From Candidatus Arsenophonus nilaparvatae str. Hanzhou (GTDB lineage: Bacteria > Pseudomonadota > Gammaproteobacteria > Enterobacterales > Enterobacteriaceae), in assembly GCF_000757905.1 (NCBI RefSeq), contig NZ_JRLH01000018.1: 32,000 bases of DNA, one strand, 5' to 3'. This document shows, one piece after another, positions 1 to 6,997 of the stretch. Below the pieces are notes generated by a model. It saw only the letters and a list, made by a program, of their open reading frames with translations. It searched no databases and was not told the origin of the DNA. A program made the translations under genes and the position numbers. Position 1 is the first letter of the stretch. Each line of letters starts with the position of its first letter.

Positions 1-162
1 AAAAAATTACACAAATTAAGTTTAAAAAAATAATTTTTTAATAAAATAAACATTTTACAAATATTTATGACATTTAAATATACCTGGTAATTTTGGTGTG
101 TTAAATACTCTATCATACCATCAACTTGTAATAGAGATTGTTCCTAACAATAGGGGTTTTAT

Positions 163-843
163 ATGAAAAAAAATAAAATAATTATTAAATTTAACCAAGA
201 TGTTATTCAATCTAGAAAAAATAATAAATTATTATTAAAACCATTAGCTTTACAAAATCAATTATTTAACCAATTTATTTATATTCCTGTCGTACCTGAT
301 GATATATTACAAACTCAAGGTCAAATAAATAACATTAATTTTGCTAGCCTCAGTGGCATGTTTTATATTAAAGGATCGGAATCGCTACTTCCCAACGAAA
401 AACAACAATTATTAAAAGCGATTAACGGCTATGACTTTATCGAATATGCTGAACTAGAATGCACACAACTAGCCTCATCAACTTTGTCAGGTTCTGAACA
501 ACTAAACGATACCGAAACACCCGATTTTACTAAATTACAAGAATACAAATTAGGCATAGGAGAACTATGGACAGGCATTGATATGGAATATGCTTGGTCT
601 CTTGGCGTAGCAGGTAAAGGTATCCGTATTGCTGATATCGAGGCAGCTTTTAATTACCAACATATTAATTTGAAAAGAGACAATTTTATTCCACTGGTTG
701 TCAGCGATGATAACGATGAGTATGAAATTAATCATGGTACGGCCGTAGCGGGTGTTATGTATGCAAAAGATCTGGCCTTTGGTGTAAAAGGAATGGTACA
801 TGATGCTGATGCACTTTATGTACAATGCCGTTATGTTGAATAG
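163..843 (+). pseudogene. S8 (subtilisin-like) serine protease, N-terminal fragment severed by prophage insertion
   Basis: 226-aa ORF with a catalytic Asp box (GKGIRIADIEAAF) and His box (HGTAVAGV) but no Asn or Ser box. The last codons (CRYVE-stop) run into phage-derived dif-like DNA. The missing Asn and Ser boxes are at 9312-9989. Confidence 0.8.
815..841 (+). other. attL: hybrid dif-like site (host XerC-side arm TTTATGTACAA, then phage central TGCCG and XerD-type arm TTATGTTGAAT)
   Basis: TTATGTTGAAT matches the E. coli dif XerD arm TTATGTTAAAT (recalled) at 10/11. The host-side arm is a poor XerC arm (6/11 against the phage arm GGTTCGCACAA). Confidence 0.6.
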
Positions 844-873
844 CCGTCTGCGAAAATATCTCCTCGCAGACGG
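844..873. repeat. Perfect hairpin (10-bp stem CCGTCTGCGA / TCGCAGACGG, 10-nt loop) lying between the two inverted dif-like sites
   Basis: The inverted repeat was read directly. It sits at the apex of the proposed attP forked hairpin. Confidence 0.85.
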
Positions 874-878
874 CGGCC

Positions 879-906
879 ATTTATACATAACGCTATTGTG
901 CGAACC
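879..906 (-). other. Inverted dif-like site (second attP half): the reverse complement reads GGTTCGCACAA-TAGCG-TTATGTATAAAT
   Basis: 896-906 (TTGTGCGAACC) is the exact reverse complement of the XerC-type arm at 9312-9322 and in every 52-bp repeat. The XerD-type arm resembles TTATGTTAAAT with one extra base. Confidence 0.65.
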
Positions 907-944
907 TGCGGTTATGTCGATCTAGGTAGCCTGACTTGACGCTA

Positions 945-985
945 AGTCCAAATAGGGGGTTTTTGATTAGTGGAACAACCGCAAT
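945..985 (+). other. Putative (+)-strand replication origin / gpII nicking region
   Basis: AGTCCAAATAGGGGGTTTTTGATTAGTGGAACAACC resembles the f1 origin core as I recall it (GAGTCCACGTTCTTTAATAGTGGACTCTTGTTCC). Shared elements are AGTCCA, a T-run, and A(T)TAGTGGA. It lies in the non-coding region upstream of the replication module. Confidence 0.4.
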
Positions 986-1188
986 ATCGAATTTATCAGG
1001 TTCTGGTAACAATTCTCTACTTATCAATCACGAGTTTCGCACCAATAAAAAAACGCTCTATTTTTACGTCTAATTCAGCATAATATATAAATAGAAAAAA
1101 TCTCATAAATTAAAAACAACTTATTGTAATTTAAGTAAATTTATACCTCTTAGTAAGTTACAGGTTAATCATTGTTTTGACGCCATTT

Positions 1189-1422
1189 CTAGAATTTTAT
1201 ATGTCCGTGCGAAACTCGTGTCAATGCGGGAAGTTTTGTATCTTCAAAATAGGCTACTTCAAGATTATCCGTATAAATAAGCATTCCAAACTCATTTTCT
1301 CTCATTGTCACAAAGCGGCGATTAACTGTATTAAACAGGGTATAACCGATAACGTCAGGGTTATTTTTTCTAAATTCAATTTCTAGTTCTTTTAGTTGTT
1401 TTATTATTTTTTTCTTTTCCAT
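1189..1422 (-). CDS. Hypothetical 77-aa phage protein, downstream of the repressor on the same strand
   Basis: The ORF has protein-like composition (MEKKKIIKQLKELEIEFRKNNPDVIGYTLF...), whereas the overlapping + strand ORF 1177-1386 looks like junk. The RBS is weak and no family was recognised. Confidence 0.45.
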   Translation of the reverse strand: MEKKKIIKQLKELEIEFRKNNPDVIGYTLFNTVNRRFVTMRENEFGMLIYTDNLEVAYFEDTKLPALTRVSHGHIKF

Positions 1423-1459
1423 TTACATTAGCCATTTGTTAATTAAATGTTACATAATC

Positions 1460-1491
1460 AAGAGTACATGACTCTTTAATTATGTACTCTT
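1460..1491. repeat. 10-bp perfect inverted repeat AAGAGTACAT ... ATGTACTCTT (12-nt spacer) between the repressor gene and the 77-aa ORF
   Basis: Read directly. A GCGGA/TCCGC mini-hairpin follows at 1494-1504. This could be a terminator, an attenuator or an operator. Confidence 0.5.
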
Positions 1492-1528
1492 GTGCGGAAT
1501 CCGCATTATTTTACATATTTTATTATGT

Positions 1529-1861
1529 TTATTGATTTTTATTTAACATTTCTTCAGCTTGATTTATCAGACTCATACCTTTACTTATTTTTTTGATTAC
1601 TTCTTGATCTTCTAATGGCAAGTTATTTATTACTTTTATTAAATAATTAGTGTCAGTTGATTTTTTATTATAGATAAGCTCATCAACTGAACAATTTAAA
1701 GCGGTGCTGATTGCGATAATTGATTGAATAGTTGGATTTTTTTGTTCATTTCTTTCTATCTTTGATAATTGAGAGAATGATATTTGTGTTTTTTCGGCTA
1801 ACTCTTCTCTAGTCATTCCTAAAGCTTCTCTCCTTGTTCGTATATTATCACCTATAGCCAT
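1529..1861 (-). CDS. XRE/Cro-CI family HTH repressor (RstR-like position, divergent from gene II)
   Basis: 110 aa. Canonical XRE HTH: IRTRREALGMTREELAEKTQISFSQLSKIERNEQKNPTIQSIIAISTALNCSVDELI. Confidence 0.85.
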   Translation of the reverse strand: MAIGDNIRTRREALGMTREELAEKTQISFSQLSKIERNEQKNPTIQSIIAISTALNCSVDELIYNKKSTDTNYLIKVINNLPLEDQEVIKKISKGMSLINQAEEMLNKNQ

Positions 1862-1916
1862 AAAAATTCTCTCTTGTGAGTCATTTATAGAAATAATAAC
1901 TTATTTATGAATAGTA

Positions 1917-1951
1917 AGTTGACTATTTAAAGATAGTTGACTATATATAAT
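1917..1951 (+). promoter_or_regulatory. Candidate gene II promoter with two direct AGTTGACTAT repeats (possible repressor operators)
   Basis: AGTTGACTAT occurs at 1917-1926 and 1935-1944. TTGACT (1919-1924), a 17-nt spacer and TATATA (1942-1947) form a sigma70-like promoter in the divergent region. Confidence 0.4.
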
Positions 1952-1979
1952 CACTATTAGTATTCATAGAGTGGTTATT

Positions 1980-3263
1980 ATGATTGATCTTCTTGAGCTT
2001 CAGATTCCATTTAAAGATGAGTATGTGATGAGAACATCTCGTGATAGGGAGCATGGAGGAGGCTCTATCGATTTTATGCAGATTGCTAAATTAAGTGGGG
2101 TTCGGTTGTCTGCTCGTGATGTGGAATTTGAAATAAAAGGGGATTTATCTGTTCAGGGATTAGCGCATCCTTTTGAATCGTTACCAACGCATTTTGCCAG
2201 TTTGGGCATGAAAATTTATCAGGGAACTCATTTGATTTTCCCGCGTGTCAATCTTAAGGCTTCACCCGCCAAGCTCTTACAGGGGCATAATGTATTTGGT
2301 TCAACCAATATTGCATTATGTGGCTTGGAGTTAATGACTAATTTAGCGGTTTCCATGCCACATCTTTTTAATTTGTTAGATGTCGAGAATAGCGAAGTTT
2401 CTGAGCTTCATACAACGTTATCAGTAAGATTACCAACGGAAAGTATTTGTAAGCAGGTGATTGCTTATTTTAAGAATATCAGTCATGGACAAACCAAAGC
2501 CACGAAATCAAACGATCATGAATCCACCGTTTATTTTAATCGTGGTTCTAAACACAGGGAATTGTGTATTTATTACAAAGCGCTTGAACTGGCAAAACGT
2601 TTTGGTGAAATACAAAGAAAATTACGGGTTAATCCCAATGATGAGGTGTTGCTTAATCAGTTTGCGATTTTAAATAATAAACGTTTGACGGATTTTGCCA
2701 ATAACCTGTTGAGATTAGAAGGGCGATTAAAAAAACGTTTTTTAAAAGATAATCAGATTCCGATTAATTTTTCTGCGCTTTGCCTTTATCAACAACAATA
2801 TGAACGTAGTGGGGCTAATTTAATTTACGATCTGTGGATGAAAAGTTTTGATGATTTGTTGACGGCACTGAGGGGAATGGAAATGAATATTTATGATGAC
2901 GAACATATTTTTGAACGATTAAAATCTCATTATTATTCTACCACGCCAAAAGGCAACATTTCCTATGCTAAAGCTCAACGGATATTTGGTTTTTATCGTC
3001 GTTTAGTTAATGAAGGTTATTTAAATGTTTTTAATTCTCTGGCAAGAAGAACATTTTATGATAATTTAACTTTATTAACGAATATTGGCCTCAGCAAATC
3101 ACAATTACAAAATCTCACCGGCGATAAATCTAACGTCATTCCCTTTTATAAAGTTATCCATATCGATTTTTCTCAACAACGGCCTGACTGGTATGTCGAG
3201 CCAGTGAGTGTTTTTGAACGTCAGAATACTATTTATCCATTTAAACAAGTTGCAAACGCTTAA
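1980..3263 (+). CDS. Ff-type replication initiator/nickase gpII
   Basis: From ATG 1980 the product starts MIDLLELQIPF. It shares long colinear blocks with M13/f1 gpII as I recall it: SARDVEFEIKGDLSVQGLAHPFESLPTH, KASPAKLLQGHNVFG, ISHGQTKATKS, MNIYDD, FGFYRRLVNEGY, QRPDWYVEPV. The track start GTG 1971 is less likely. Confidence 0.9.
   Translation: MIDLLELQIPFKDEYVMRTSRDREHGGGSIDFMQIAKLSGVRLSARDVEFEIKGDLSVQGLAHPFESLPTHFASLGMKIYQGTHLIFPRVNLKASPAKLLQGHNVFGSTNIALCGLELMTNLAVSMPHLFNLLDVENSEVSELHTTLSVRLPTESICKQVIAYFKNISHGQTKATKSNDHESTVYFNRGSKHRELCIYYKALELAKRFGEIQRKLRVNPNDEVLLNQFAILNNKRLTDFANNLLRLEGRLKKRFLKDNQIPINFSALCLYQQQYERSGANLIYDLWMKSFDDLLTALRGMEMNIYDDEHIFERLKSHYYSTTPKGNISYAKAQRIFGFYRRLVNEGYLNVFNSLARRTFYDNLTLLTNIGLSKSQLQNLTGDKSNVIPFYKVIHIDFSQQRPDWYVEPVSVFERQNTIYPFKQVANA
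2883..3263 (+). CDS. Nested in-frame gene X analogue (C-terminal 126 aa of gpII)
   Basis: An internal in-frame ATG (MNIYDD...) sits at the position homologous to the M13 gene X start. It is preceded by GAGGGG (2870-2875) at a 7-nt spacing. ATG 2877 is an alternative start. Confidence 0.45.
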   Translation: MNIYDDEHIFERLKSHYYSTTPKGNISYAKAQRIFGFYRRLVNEGYLNVFNSLARRTFYDNLTLLTNIGLSKSQLQNLTGDKSNVIPFYKVIHIDFSQQRPDWYVEPVSVFERQNTIYPFKQVANA

Positions 3264-3283
3264 ATCAAGAAAGGTGAACCATT

Positions 3284-3577
3284 ATGGCTGCATTGCCCTT
3301 ATATCAAACAGTGATTAGTGGAAAAGTGACCCGTATCAGTACGTCTAATGATGGACATGTTTATACCACCGTTATTTTACCCGCACCTGATCCTTATTCT
3401 AAACCGCCGGTTGTAAAAATTCGTTCTAAACGGCGTGTGGGGGCGATTGATTCAGAAGTGAATGAATTGGTTTGCCGAATTTCCGGTTTTGAACGTTCGT
3501 TTAGATATCACGATAAACAGACAGGGCAACCCTTAACGGGGCATAACGTTGAAATGTTTCTCGATTTAGTGGAATAG
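3284..3577 (+). CDS. Putative ssDNA-binding protein (gene V position)
   Basis: 97 aa, with RBS AAAGGTGA, immediately after gII as in Ff phages. Size and basic composition fit. I see no direct similarity to M13 gpV. Confidence 0.45.
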   Translation: MAALPLYQTVISGKVTRISTSNDGHVYTTVILPAPDPYSKPPVVKIRSKRRVGAIDSEVNELVCRISGFERSFRYHDKQTGQPLTGHNVEMFLDLVE

Positions 3578-3586
3578 GTGATCGCT

Positions 3587-3811
3587 ATGGCTACTCCGGA
3601 AAATAATATTGTCGGTGAGATTTGTTCGAAAGTCACGAATGACTGCCAAACTATTGAATTGACGATAAAAGAGTTGCCATATCAGGAACTCCTTAATATT
3701 GATTATTCAGTCGCGGCACAATTTTGGGGGATTCCTTTTACCTCGGTAATCGGACTTTGGTTATTTTCCAAAGGTCTTGGTGCAGTAATTAATATGTTTA
3801 AAGGTGTTTAA
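3587..3811 (+). CDS. Small membrane protein, candidate minor coat protein (gVII/gIX position)
   Basis: ~74 aa from ATG 3587 (RBS AGGTGA 5 nt upstream). C-terminal hydrophobic helix IPFTSVIGLWLFSKGLGAVI. It lies between the gV-like and gVIII genes. Confidence 0.4.
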   Translation: MATPENNIVGEICSKVTNDCQTIELTIKELPYQELLNIDYSVAAQFWGIPFTSVIGLWLFSKGLGAVINMFKGV

Positions 3812-3813
3812 TT

Positions 3814-4095
3814 ATGTTGACTAAATTAGGTTTAAATAAGTTTTTTAACAAACTTAATCTACGCACTTTATATTTAAGTGTAGGTATTGGTTTATTCGGT
3901 GCTTTTAGTTCTGCAATGTCATTTGCAGAAGCCGCAACAGGGACAGGTACGGCTATTGATTACACGCAATTAACGAACTCCCTTAATTTTAATTCTGTCA
4001 TGACGGGTATTTTAGCCGTTGCAGGCGGTCTGATTGCCGTTTATGCAGGCATGGCAGGCGTTAAGTGGGTTTTACGTATGGTACGTGGTGCGTAA
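3814..4095 (+). CDS. Major coat protein (gVIII-type)
   Basis: A signal peptide ending SFA/EAATG is followed by an acidic N-terminus, a hydrophobic core (VMTGILAVAGGLIAVYAGMAGV) and a basic C-terminus (KWVLRMVRGA). This is the classic inovirus major-coat architecture. Confidence 0.75.
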   Translation: MLTKLGLNKFFNKLNLRTLYLSVGIGLFGAFSSAMSFAEAATGTGTAIDYTQLTNSLNFNSVMTGILAVAGGLIAVYAGMAGVKWVLRMVRGA

Positions 4096-4114
4096 CAAGG
4101 AGAGGGGCAAATTA

Positions 4115-5665
4115 ATGCCCCTTTATATCGATGCTGACAATCGGATTTTATTTTCTGTGTTTTTTGTGGGGGCTGTTATGTGCCTGGGCAGTCATACAAG
4201 GGTTGGATTGATATATTTTTTCTATTTTGCCGTTTTATCTGTTTTTTATCCTGTTTTAGTAAGCGCAAGTTCTATTGCTGTTAATCATTCACTGTCTAAT
4301 AAATATCCATTTTATGCTTACGAAAATAGTCAATATTATGAGGGTCATGATAGACGTTCGATAGCATTACGCGCGTTTGAGGATGAGAAAGTAAAAAAAG
4401 CCGGCGTGGTTTATTGTATGCCTTCGCGTTCTTGCAAATTTAAAAAAATCACTTCGATTTCTGATGTGGGTATTTTTAATAATGTTCGGGTGGATTATGT
4501 GGGTACAATTATTGGTGGTTTAGGTGATACATTAGAAGGCGCAGGATTTTATACCGTTTCAGTTCGCGAGAATGATAATTTTGATAAATCTAAATCGGAT
4601 GATGCAATTGAAAAATCCACTCCGGAAGAAATTTGTAAGAAGAAACCGCCTTTATCCGGCTCTCAAAGTGGCGTTAGGAGTATTTCAGGTGAACGTTATA
4701 TTTATGTTGACGGTTGTGAGTATATAGCCACGGGTGATGTGCTTATTTGTTTTGATAAAAGCGATATTTGTAATGCAACATCTTGGAAACCGACAGGGGA
4801 AGTAGCAGAAGGTAAAGGTTATGGTAAAACGAATAATAACGATGAGACGACGTTAGCCCATTCCTTTTGTGCGTCTCAGTATGGTACTTATGGCTCGATT
4901 GGCTCTTCAGATGAGTTTGTTGTGACGGACAGATGTAAACCCGTTTTTAAAGAGGATAAATTTTTAGGTTGGGTGGGTAGTGGTGCTTATTCTGATATGA
5001 ATAATCCGCCTGATTTTCCTGATACGGGAATATTTAGTGTTGTACCTAATCCCGATTATGCCATTTCAGATTCGGCTTCTGCTAAAGATAAGGTGGAATA
5101 TAATCTTAATTATTTAGCGCTTCATCCTGATTTGGATTTAGCTAGATATCCGTTACCTGTTTATTCTGATTTACCGCTTTCTTCACCGTCAGGGAGTGGT
5201 TCAATAAATTTAGGGAGTACAGCCCATTCCGTTGATGCAGGTTCGAGTATTGCAGGAAGTTTAGTGAATACCGAGAGTGCCACGCATTCATTGTCTTCAT
5301 CCGGAACCAGTCAATCGGGTGTCAGTTCATCTTCGGGTGCTTCTTCAAATTTTGGGCAATCTTCTGGTTCAAAAGGTAATGGTCAGGGAACCGATTTATC
5401 GCATCCCGATAATAATGAACCGGATTTAGATTCACCCACCGCAGAATCGGTATTATCGCCATTACAGAATCTCTTTCCTTTTTTGAAAAATTTTAATTTA
5501 CCAGAACGAGCAGCGTCATGCCCAGTAGCGACTTTTGAGGTGTTTGAGCAGCATTTTGTCATTGATGCTCATTGTACCTTGTTTGAAAGCATTCGTGGTT
5601 TGTTAACCCTGTTTTCAATGATTATCTGGTCATTTCTGGGATTACGGATTGTATTGTCTTCTTAA
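4115..5665 (+). CDS. Adsorption / minor coat protein (gIII-type)
   Basis: ~516 aa from ATG 4115 (RBS AGGAGA). Cys-containing N-terminal domains are followed by a long Ser/Gly-rich linker (SSPSGSGSINLGS...SSSGASSNFGQSSGSKGNGQG) and a C-terminal membrane anchor (LLTLFSMIIWSFLGLRIVLSS). Confidence 0.7.
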   Translation: MPLYIDADNRILFSVFFVGAVMCLGSHTRVGLIYFFYFAVLSVFYPVLVSASSIAVNHSLSNKYPFYAYENSQYYEGHDRRSIALRAFEDEKVKKAGVVYCMPSRSCKFKKITSISDVGIFNNVRVDYVGTIIGGLGDTLEGAGFYTVSVRENDNFDKSKSDDAIEKSTPEEICKKKPPLSGSQSGVRSISGERYIYVDGCEYIATGDVLICFDKSDICNATSWKPTGEVAEGKGYGKTNNNDETTLAHSFCASQYGTYGSIGSSDEFVVTDRCKPVFKEDKFLGWVGSGAYSDMNNPPDFPDTGIFSVVPNPDYAISDSASAKDKVEYNLNYLALHPDLDLARYPLPVYSDLPLSSPSGSGSINLGSTAHSVDAGSSIAGSLVNTESATHSLSSSGTSQSGVSSSSGASSNFGQSSGSKGNGQGTDLSHPDNNEPDLDSPTAESVLSPLQNLFPFLKNFNLPERAASCPVATFEVFEQHFVIDAHCTLFESIRGLLTLFSMIIWSFLGLRIVLSS

Positions 5666-5677
5666 GGGGATTAAGTG

Positions 5678-5965
5678 ATGTATGCCTTGATTGTATCCGC
5701 ATTTAATTTTTTATTAGGGTTCGTTTTTAGAACGCTGGCCATTAAATTTATTGTGTTTTCGGCGCTGTTTTTAGTGGTTACTGAATTTGTCCCCGTTTTA
5801 TTAGCTTTACTACCCACGTCAACGAATTTGCCGGAGTTGATTGGTCAACTGCCTGATAGTGTCTGGTATTTTATGAATCTGTTTGCCGTGATAACGGGGA
5901 TGAAGATTGTGATTTCGGCTTATCTGACCCGTTTTATTGTGCGCCGTATTCCGGTGATAGGGTGA
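5678..5965 (+). CDS. Hydrophobic minor coat protein (gVI-type)
   Basis: ~95 aa, multi-helix hydrophobic protein located between the gIII and gI analogues. RBS AAGGGGA. Confidence 0.6.
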   Translation: MYALIVSAFNFLLGFVFRTLAIKFIVFSALFLVVTEFVPVLLALLPTSTNLPELIGQLPDSVWYFMNLFAVITGMKIVISAYLTRFIVRRIPVIG

Positions 5966-5968
5966 TGT

Positions 5969-6826
5969 ATGGCGATTTCAGCTTATGTCGGTATTCCAAG
6001 AAGCGGTAAATCTTACGAAGTAGTTTGTAACGTTATTATTCCGGCTTTTATGAAAGGTCGCCGGATTGTGACGAATATCTACGGCATTTCAGCAGAAAAA
6101 ATCAGGGTTTATTGTCTTGATAAAAAGAAAGCCGATGAATATCAATTAGGTGAGATTATCTGCGTTGATAATGAACAGGTTAAAAAGGCTGATTTTTTTC
6201 CATTTAAAACAGAAACGGGTATCGCAGAAGACACCTTTTGTCAGGCAGGTGATTTAATTTGCATTGATGAAGCGTGGCGAATTTGGGAAAACGACAAGAT
6301 ACCGCAACAACATCGCTCATTTATTGCCGAACATGGTCATTTTGTTAATATAGAAGGTGTTACCTGTGATTTAGTGGTATTAAATCAGTCGGTGGCTAAT
6401 TTACCGCGTTTTATCAAAGACCGGATTGAGACGACGTATAAAATGACCAAATTGGTGGCGTTAGGGTTACGTCATCGCTATCGGGTCGATGTTTATTCAG
6501 GGATTAAACTGTTTAAAAATAATCGCACTTCATCTTATCAGTGCAGTTATGACAAGGTGATTTTTCCACTTTATCATTCTTATGAAGGGGGGCAAGGACA
6601 AGAGCAGGTGGTGGATAAGCGCCAGAGTATTTTTAATCAATCTAAATTCTGGTTATTAACATTAGGACTGTTGTTGCTGGTCATAGCCTCCGTTTATTTT
6701 CTTTATCAATTTTTTGGTGGTAACGGGATAACGCCCAAAAATCGGCCTGTCTCTGAATCAGTTGATAAATCAGTGACTACCCAAAAATCACATCAAAATC
6801 CGTCGCCACAAAATTTATCCACTTAA
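5969..6826 (+). CDS. Zot/gpI-like assembly ATPase (gene I analogue), ending at an in-frame TAA (6824-6826)
   Basis: N-terminal Walker A (GIPRSGKSYEV), an ITN motif (RRIVTNIYGI) as in Zot, a Walker B-like CIDEAW, and a single TM (FWLLTLGLLLLVIASVYFLYQFF). At 285 aa it is shorter than gpI/Zot. Confidence 0.8.
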   Translation: MAISAYVGIPRSGKSYEVVCNVIIPAFMKGRRIVTNIYGISAEKIRVYCLDKKKADEYQLGEIICVDNEQVKKADFFPFKTETGIAEDTFCQAGDLICIDEAWRIWENDKIPQQHRSFIAEHGHFVNIEGVTCDLVVLNQSVANLPRFIKDRIETTYKMTKLVALGLRHRYRVDVYSGIKLFKNNRTSSYQCSYDKVIFPLYHSYEGGQGQEQVVDKRQSIFNQSKFWLLTLGLLLLVIASVYFLYQFFGGNGITPKNRPVSESVDKSVTTQKSHQNPSPQNLST

Positions 6827-6997
6827 TGGCGTATTGCGGGCAAAATTAGTCAGCGTGGTCAGGCGTGGGTGGTGTTACTTAATCAGCAGGGGCAGATTCG
6901 ACTTGAGCCATTATCGCAGTTTCGTTTTTATGGTTTGCGGATGACGGGCAACATTGACGGTGAGGTTGTCACAACCTATTCGGGAGGCATGAAATGA
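6827..6997 (+). other. Same-frame continuation of gene I after the TAA (56 sense codons), ending at a TGA that overlaps the gene IV ATG
   Basis: Hand translation gives WRIAGKISQRGQAWVVLLNQQGQIRLEPLSQFRFYGLRMTGNIDGEVVTTYSGGMK-stop, with stop 6995-6997 overlapping ATG 6994. The combined length (342 codons) approaches M13 gpI (~348 aa). Confidence 0.7.

Noticed and set aside
843-874. GCCGTCTGCG ... CGCAGACGGC inverted pair resembling paired Neisseria DNA uptake sequences (GCCGTCTGAA).
   Set aside because: The last two bases differ from the DUS. There is only one occurrence in the window. The host proteins are Enterobacterales-like rather than Neisseriaceae-like. The pair is better explained as the apex of the attP hairpin.
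1177-1386. The + strand 69-aa ORF overlapping the 77-aa minus-strand ORF.
   Set aside because: Its translation is Cys/Phe/Ile-rich and unprotein-like. The minus-strand product looks like a real soluble protein.
4034-4114. Track start of the gIII-like ORF at 4034, overlapping the end of gVIII.
   Set aside because: There is no RBS at that start. ATG 4115 follows AGGAGA and lies just after the gVIII stop, which fits the compact Ff-like layout.
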